This document shows, piece by piece, positions 56,091 to 64,000 of a DNA stretch of 64,000 nucleotides (its first letter is position 1; every line of letters starts with the position of its first letter). The notes beneath the pieces were generated by a model. The model was not told the DNA's origin and made no database searches. It worked only from the letters and a program-made list of their open reading frames with translations. The stretch comes from Chrysomallon squamiferum (Eukaryota; Animalia; Mollusca): the NCBI GenBank assembly GCA_012295275.1, contig CM022672.1:14012001-14076000 (forward strand), in the 5' to 3' direction. Made by a program: the position numbers and the translations under genes.

Positions 56091-57121
56091 TGAATGTTGA
56101 ATGAAAATACAAATAGCACATATGTTATGAAATACATATCAGCCTGTTTTATTACCAATCCACTGGCTAAAACACACTTGATGCTGATCTAGGTATGGAC
56201 TGATATTATACGTGTGTAATATATTCTGATGATTATTCTCGGATATACTCAATATGTGTTTTTTTTTTGTTTGTTTGTTTTTGTTTTTTGTTAAAAATAA
56301 AAATTGGTTTAATAAATCAAGATGTTGTTATTATATTTCGTTCTTAAGAGCCTATGACTAATAGATTAAATTAAATAGATTTTATATGCATTAGTACTGA
56401 AATAGAATTTAATAGCAGTAATAGTACTACTAGTAGTAATAGTTGTAGTCTAGTTGTAATAATAATAAGAAAACAATAATAAAAATAATTTTAAAAAAAC
56501 GAGAAAAAACATGACGAAAATAGTAACAACAACAAACGCTTGTTATTATCCTCGATATCTTTTGCTCAATTATCTTCCAAAAAAAAAGAAGAAAAAAAAA
56601 AAAAAAAGAAAAAAGAAAACAAACTCTGGGGGAGGGCCAACATATTATTTAAAAATAAATAGAAAAAAAAAAAAAAAATGTTTAAGACATTAAACCAAAA
56701 ATAACCTCCAGCAGCATTTTCTGTTTAATCCGTGTACTTAAAACACTCGTTTTAAATCATAAAACTTCCAAACGTTTCTATCTGTATGGTAAAAAAAACT
56801 GGAGCACATTGACTGCAATATCGAATGCACTAGTATATATGAACACTTTGCCGATACATAATGAAAACTAGCACTAGATTTTATGTAATGTTTTTTTTAT
56901 ACTGAAAGACCATAATATAAGAAGCTAGATAAACAAAAACGAAACTCTGTGTTCTTTTCACTCAAATTAATTAAGACACGTATACAAATTAAACTAGAGT
57001 AGAGGTTGTTTAATAGAAAGCAGGATCAGTTTTCGACATTGGCTTCAGCTGGCCATTTCATAAACATACACAAACATGCGAGCGAGCGCGAACGCATCCG
57101 GATTTTTTACTTTCCGGTTTT

Positions 57122-59637
<2,516 letters not shown>

Positions 59638-59959
59638 AAGCTGCAAAATCTATAATTTCAAATTATGCTTTGTAAAACCTTCCAATGCCCCTGAATATAC
59701 ATTTATAGAGAGATGGAAGGATGAATGGATGGGCAGACAGATATTAGAAAGACAGAGATACATAAACGCATAGAGAGATAGATAGAGAGATAGTCACGTA
59801 GATAGATGGATAGATATAGATAGATGGATGGATGGATGGATGGAAATACGGTCAGATAGAGAGCTATACTATTATAACTAATATACTTGTTTTGTTGTTA
59901 TTGTGGTAGTAGTAGTAGTAGTAAAAGTAGTAAAAGTAGTAATAGTAATATTTGGATCG

Positions 59960-60555
59960 TAGTGTTTCTTGTAGCTTGCCTGTGCCTTGGAATTGTTTGC
60001 TCTACTGTTTTGCAGAACTAGATTTCACCTTCTTCTGAGTGTCTGTGGGAGATGTGACTTCACTGCTTGATGATTTCATCTTTCGGTCTAACTTGATTTC
60101 TGTTGGTAGAATTCGTTCTCTGCCAAATAAAAGCCGATATGGTGTTAATTTTGTTGAAGAATGACCAGATCTTCTTTAGACAAAGAAGAGTTCAGGTATT
60201 TTTTCATTCCAGTTATCTTGGTCTTGGTTTGTCAACTTGGAGATGCCAGATTTCAGTGTCCCATTGTACCTTTCAGTAATTCCATTGATCTGTGGGTGAT
60301 AGCCTGAGCAGATTCTTTGTCTTGTACCGAGTAGCTTCAACAGTTCATCGTTTATTTTGTTCATAAAACACCTTCATTGATCATGCACCATTGCCTCAAA
60401 AACTTCATATCTGCATATCATTCTGTATATGAAGTTTGCTACGTTTCTGCCTCAGACATTGGGAACGCCTTCAGCCTTTGGCCATTTTGGAGTGTAATCA
60501 ACCATAACAATTGCATACTTATTTCTACTTATACTCTCCTGGAAAGGACCTAGTA
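59960..60555 (-). mobile_element. Gypsy/Ty3 LTR-retrotransposon integrase remnant
   Basis: GPF...NKYAIVMVDYTPKW...ICRY...VHDQ...SGYHPQINGITERYNGTLK...W...HSSTKLTPYRLLFGR: an rve integrase core with stops and frameshifts. Confidence 0.85.
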
Positions 60556-60671
60556 CTCAATAATCATAATCTCCCCAAAAAAGAAGAAACAGAAAATTTG
60601 AACTCTAATATTCCCTGCTTTGAGTGATATTCACTAACTGCATTTTACATACTACATATAAACTATAACAC

Positions 60672-60704
<33 letters not shown>

Positions 60705-61319
60705 GGAAGTCTCCCTCCCTCTGCCTGCCTGCCTACTCCCCCTCACTATCTCTTGGATATAAAATGAAACATAAAAGTGGTCATTTGGATGTACATGAAT
60801 AAAACTTAGGTTGGTCATAAAATACTAGTACATTTATTTTACTAATACATAAAACGAAATTATCTGGAAATGGTCAAAATGTACTTTCTCATCACTACGT
60901 TAGGTTTTAAAAGCATCATTGTATAATATTCTAAGGGTTTTAGTAATGTTTCAGCTTCCCTGACTTAACTTGGGAGTGAGCTGTACAGTCTTGGTGCAGC
61001 ATTACTGAAACATCTCTGGCCGTATGTAGTTGTTCTTATTCCTGGTATTACTAATCTTACTTGGCCTGTATGCTACAACATGTCCCAGTCGTACACAGGG
61101 TAATGATCGTTCGTTGCATCACAAATATTCAGTTACATCGATACGGAAACTGATACGATCTTTTTATAACAACAGTAGCGGAGCCGGCGCTGTCATGATA
61201 CTACTAAAGCATAAACATACGTGTCTGGTCTCAGACAGCATTGTAGACCATTTATATACAGAAGGCTCCAAGACGCCATGCATTATTGTTGTTGATTAAA
61301 CATATTAAATGGTTGTAAT

Positions 61320-62024
61320 TAGGTTTCGATATTTAAATACCGGTAAATACCGGTTTTAGTAGTATACCGTTACCGAAGCACTAAAACCGGTTTTCTAAAT
61401 TTTAACGAGTCATGTTGAGAGATATGTTAGTTGTTAACATAAGATTATGTTAGTTACTCGGTTGTTGCTAGCGTGCCTTCAGATGCGAGTTCAATGCTCG
61501 TCTGTTTAATGTTCCAAGTTTATTGTTTGATTGCTGACATATGTGCCATCCTAAGTCATTTTGATGACTAGTGATAAGGGATTGGCTCCTGCTTCTCGAT
61601 TGTCACTCAAGACACTAGATGTTTTGTGTCTTTTGAAGTCATACTTCTCAAGTATCGAGGAATGAATCAGAACATCTCAAAAGTTGCAAAACATGTGATG
61701 TACATTTTCCTTGTATCCTTTTTATAAAATTCGCATCCACATTTCTTCTTGGTTTTTTTCATTGCAGGTACATTTCTTATATACCTAATGTACCCATTTT
61801 AAGTTCTATAAAGGCTCATTTCACGATTTTTTCTGAAGACAGGTAGGAAAAGGAGGATAATGAATAATGCTGTCAGATGAGTGTCAAATAAATAAATAAA
61901 ATGAGTATGTGTAAGAGAAAACAATGTCCACAAAAGACCCGTAAGTACCTTTTCCTATGCACAAACTAACTAAAACCGGTGAAAACCGGTATTGAGAATA
62001 TCTGTCGGTAATTTGCAAATCCTA
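61320..62024 (+). mobile_element. hAT-family non-autonomous deletion derivative with 8-bp TSD
   Basis: Termini TAGG...CCTA with subterminal ACCGGT repeats at both ends. Flanks GTTGTAAT and GTTTTAAT match 7/8. Internal SRLSLKTLDVLCLLKSYF (about 61595-61650) resembles the hAT C-terminal dimerisation region. Confidence 0.8.
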
Positions 62025-62223
62025 GTTTTAATGTATATTTTCGTTTCGTATATAAGTTAGGTGATTTGTTTTTTAAAAGCCGCACGCACGTAATTTAATA
62101 TAATTTCAAACGAGGCTCTGCTTTCCTAAACAACGAGCTTACTAAAATTATCTGTTATTTATGTCTTCTTGAGTGTTTACTTTCTCTTTTATGTTTTAAC
62201 AACTGACAAGCATAAAAAGAAAC

Positions 62224-62257
<34 letters not shown>

Positions 62258-62514
62258 ATAATAATAAAATAATAAAATAAAAAATAATAAAAAAATTATT
62301 TGAATGTCAAAAAATAAATAATAAGTGTATTATTCAAAGATAACCCCCAAAAAAATCTATCTATATATATATCTGTGTGTGTGTGTGTGTGTGTGTTGAA
62401 TAAAAACAGATTTTTATTGAAAACAAAGCCAAAATATACTGCATTTATTTAATTATACTTTCAGATATTTTCTTTATTTTTATCATTAATTTCTTTACAA
62501 AATATAACAGAATT

Positions 62515-62548
<34 letters not shown>

Positions 62549-63216
62549 AACACACACTTTGATTTAAGGATAATTTATTTATATATAAAAATAAAGTAAC
62601 ACATATTCATACATGAAAGAAATGCAAGATATTTATTACAAAAATAAAAAAAAATAAAGAAATCAAAGAGTAACTTAAAAGGTAATATAAATTACGTTCT
62701 TATTTTGCTGGGGTTTTTTTTCTCTCTCTTTTCTTTCTTAATAGCTAACATAAGACCTCACTGAAAACCTGACTACTTTAAAAAAAAGAAAAAAACCAAA
62801 CAATAACAAACAACAAACAAACAAAACAAACATAAATAAACTAGAGTATATAAATAAAAAGACCCTAAAAAAAGAAAGAAAGAAAAAAGTTTTTCCAGAA
62901 CTTAACGAACAAAAGTAGATGTACTAAAACACCTGTTCAAGAAACAAAAGATTTATCTTTTTTCTTTTCTTAATATTGTTTCTTAAATAGATTTAATTTA
63001 TCATAATAAAAATAACTGAAAATGTTTTAGCAAAATAATAATAATAATAATAATAATAAAATATAATAAACATAAAAAATTATAAAAATAATAAAATGTT
63101 TTTAAACTTTTGTGATATTTTTTTCTATTTATTCAATTATATTCTCTAAATTTCATTGTTTTTTACTTTTTCCTTATGAGATATCTAATCTGAATGTATG
63201 CAATGTTTAAAAATTA

Positions 63217-63296
<80 letters not shown>

Positions 63297-64000
63297 AATA
63301 TATGGCATAACAATTAGAGAGACAGAGAGAGAGAGGGGGGGCAAAAGAGATAAAAGATCTAACAATGAAAAATTGGTTTTCAGAATTTTAAACAAAGAAA
63401 TATAAAACGCAGGTTATTAATACTGATTTTTAAAAATCAAATTTTTTTTTAATCATTCTGAGTCCCACTATAAGATCTTGGTAACTGTCTCTCAACTTTC
63501 CATTAGCAGTAATAGTGCGTGTTTTTTTTGTTTTTTTTGCATTTACAATTTACTAGACTTTTGCATTTTCTGGAACGGTTCTTCCCATATTAGTCTGTGA
63601 AATCAAAGGTCAACAGTATATGCAAATGTAACAAGTAATAACATTAATAATAATAACAGTAATAATGTGTGTGTGTGTGTGTGTGTGTGATTTTATCTAA
63701 AATAATCATCTAGAATTACAGTGAAATGTTTACTTTGGTTTAAGGATATTGATAAACAACAAAAGCAAAGTTACTGAGCATCTCATGTGGAATGTTAAAC
63801 AAAACATAAATCCACAGATTTAATAAGCCAAAACTGTTCTTTTAATTTATATGTAGCAGACAAATATAATACAAAATAAAGAATTAAGTCAATTGCATTT
63901 CTGTTTTGTTAATCGCGTCTATGGACATTTTGGATTTCTGGAATGGAAGTTTGTTTCTAAGCTAATATAGATATGAACAGAGTTACAAATAAAACAGAGT

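Overview
AT-rich, microsatellite-dense animal genomic DNA with spliceosomal GT-AG introns; the gene content points to an invertebrate, most likely a mollusc (inference). No prokaryotic-type systems, CRISPR arrays, rRNA or tRNA were seen. The core is a segmentally duplicated minus-strand cluster in the order psiCYP (5.8-6.1 kb), intronless clan-2 CYP-a (8.8-10.3 kb), three intact 5-exon dermatopontin / hemagglutinin-amebocyte aggregation factor (DPT/HAAF)-like genes (14.7-17.3, 24.2-27.0, 34.0-37.0 kb), CYP-b (40.8-42.3 kb) and a DPT pseudogene (47.8-49.6 kb). A plus-strand two-coding-exon gene of unknown function follows (52.7-56.0 kb). The DPT genes appear only as fragments in the ORF track and were assembled by hand from splice sites. 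The most striking signal is that DPT1 and DPT2 have about 96% identical introns but only about 40% amino-acid identity in mature exon 2, with cysteines, frames and splice sites intact. This suggests a rapidly diversifying secreted lectin-like family beside one canonical copy (DPT3), and the divergent copies also carry a different promoter. Decayed mobile elements include a Tc1 interrupted by an Academ-like element and a SWIM-protein fragment, a MULE/FLYWCH remnant, a solo LTR with TSD, a Gypsy integrase remnant and a hAT deletion derivative with an 8-bp TSD. All alignments and counts were done by eye.
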